From Chrysomallon squamiferum (lineage: Eukaryota; Animalia; Mollusca): a DNA stretch of 64,000 nucleotides. Each line of letters begins with the position of its first letter. Position 1 is the first letter of the stretch. The notes beneath the pieces were generated by a model. The model searched no databases and was not told where the DNA came from. It was given only the letters and a program-made list of their open reading frames with translations. Shown piece by piece: positions 63,399 to 64,000 of the stretch. The position numbers and the translations under genes are program-made. Location of the stretch: the NCBI GenBank assembly GCA_012295275.1, contig CM022673.1, positions 22,320,001 to 22,384,000 of the forward strand. Direction: 5' to 3'.

Positions 63399-64000
63399 GC
63401 TCTGAAAAGGAAATAAAAACTCTGCGAGATAAAGAATATTTGTCTATCAATATTACAACAAATATACATTAATGTTAAGTATAAAACGATGATAAAGATT
63501 AAGAAAGGGAAACTGCTGCTAACACATTAATTAACAGTAAAATATCTAATATATTAAATCTACTAAAGGAAGCAAAATCTTTTACCAGGGCTTTCGATAC
63601 AAAACCACAAAGTACTGGTTGGAACTTGAAGTATAGAAACTGATTGAAATTTTGTATGTTTATTTTTTTATTATTCGAAGTCTGTAACCTTCATTTAAAT
63701 ACAAGTTGACACAATGTCTTTTGTGCCGTACTGGAATTAAATATTCACCACCCATCACAAACTGGGAGAATGTATACTGCCGATGACTCAGTGAGTAGAC
63801 AGGATAGTATCGGTGACATGCTGGAGTCAAAACCATCTAAGACTGAGTTTTACCTTCAATAATTACCTTTTAGCGCTGCATTTTTAACTGTACTTTTAAT
63901 ACTTGAGTATGTGTCTATATATGTTTATATACATACACGTATACACACATACGTACATACGCACATAGATTATTATCGATAGTTCATTGAATTACAAATT

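Overview
Eukaryotic (metazoan, probably mollusc/gastropod by inference) AT-rich, microsatellite-dense genomic DNA. The ORF track is mostly noise from simple repeats; the real genes are spliced. Reading splice sites by hand gives: (1) a complete 9-exon phosphatidylinositol 5-phosphate 4-kinase (PIP4K2, 412 aa) on the minus strand, 45218->35004; (2) head-to-head with it, two tandem alpha-tubulin genes on the plus strand (48186-53423, 451 aa; and ~57624-60438, 450 aa) whose last exons show a patchwork of near-identical and strongly diverged blocks, suggesting gene conversion; (3) a small, convergent minus-strand gene for a secreted Cys-rich protein (signal peptide + PAN/Apple-like + 4-Cys EGF-like module) at ~62.0-63.4 kb that the ORF track mostly misses. 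The first ~34 kb has no recognisable coding exon but has CpG-rich regulatory-looking islands (three perfect GTCACGTGAC sites, CRE, kB, X-box, YY1-like motifs), a 2.5 kb higher-order pentamer satellite, two minisatellites and a microsatellite-tailed inverted repeat pair. Pogo/Tigger-type DNA transposon remnants and a degenerate SINE-like element are also present. No CRISPR, rRNA or intact tRNA was seen.
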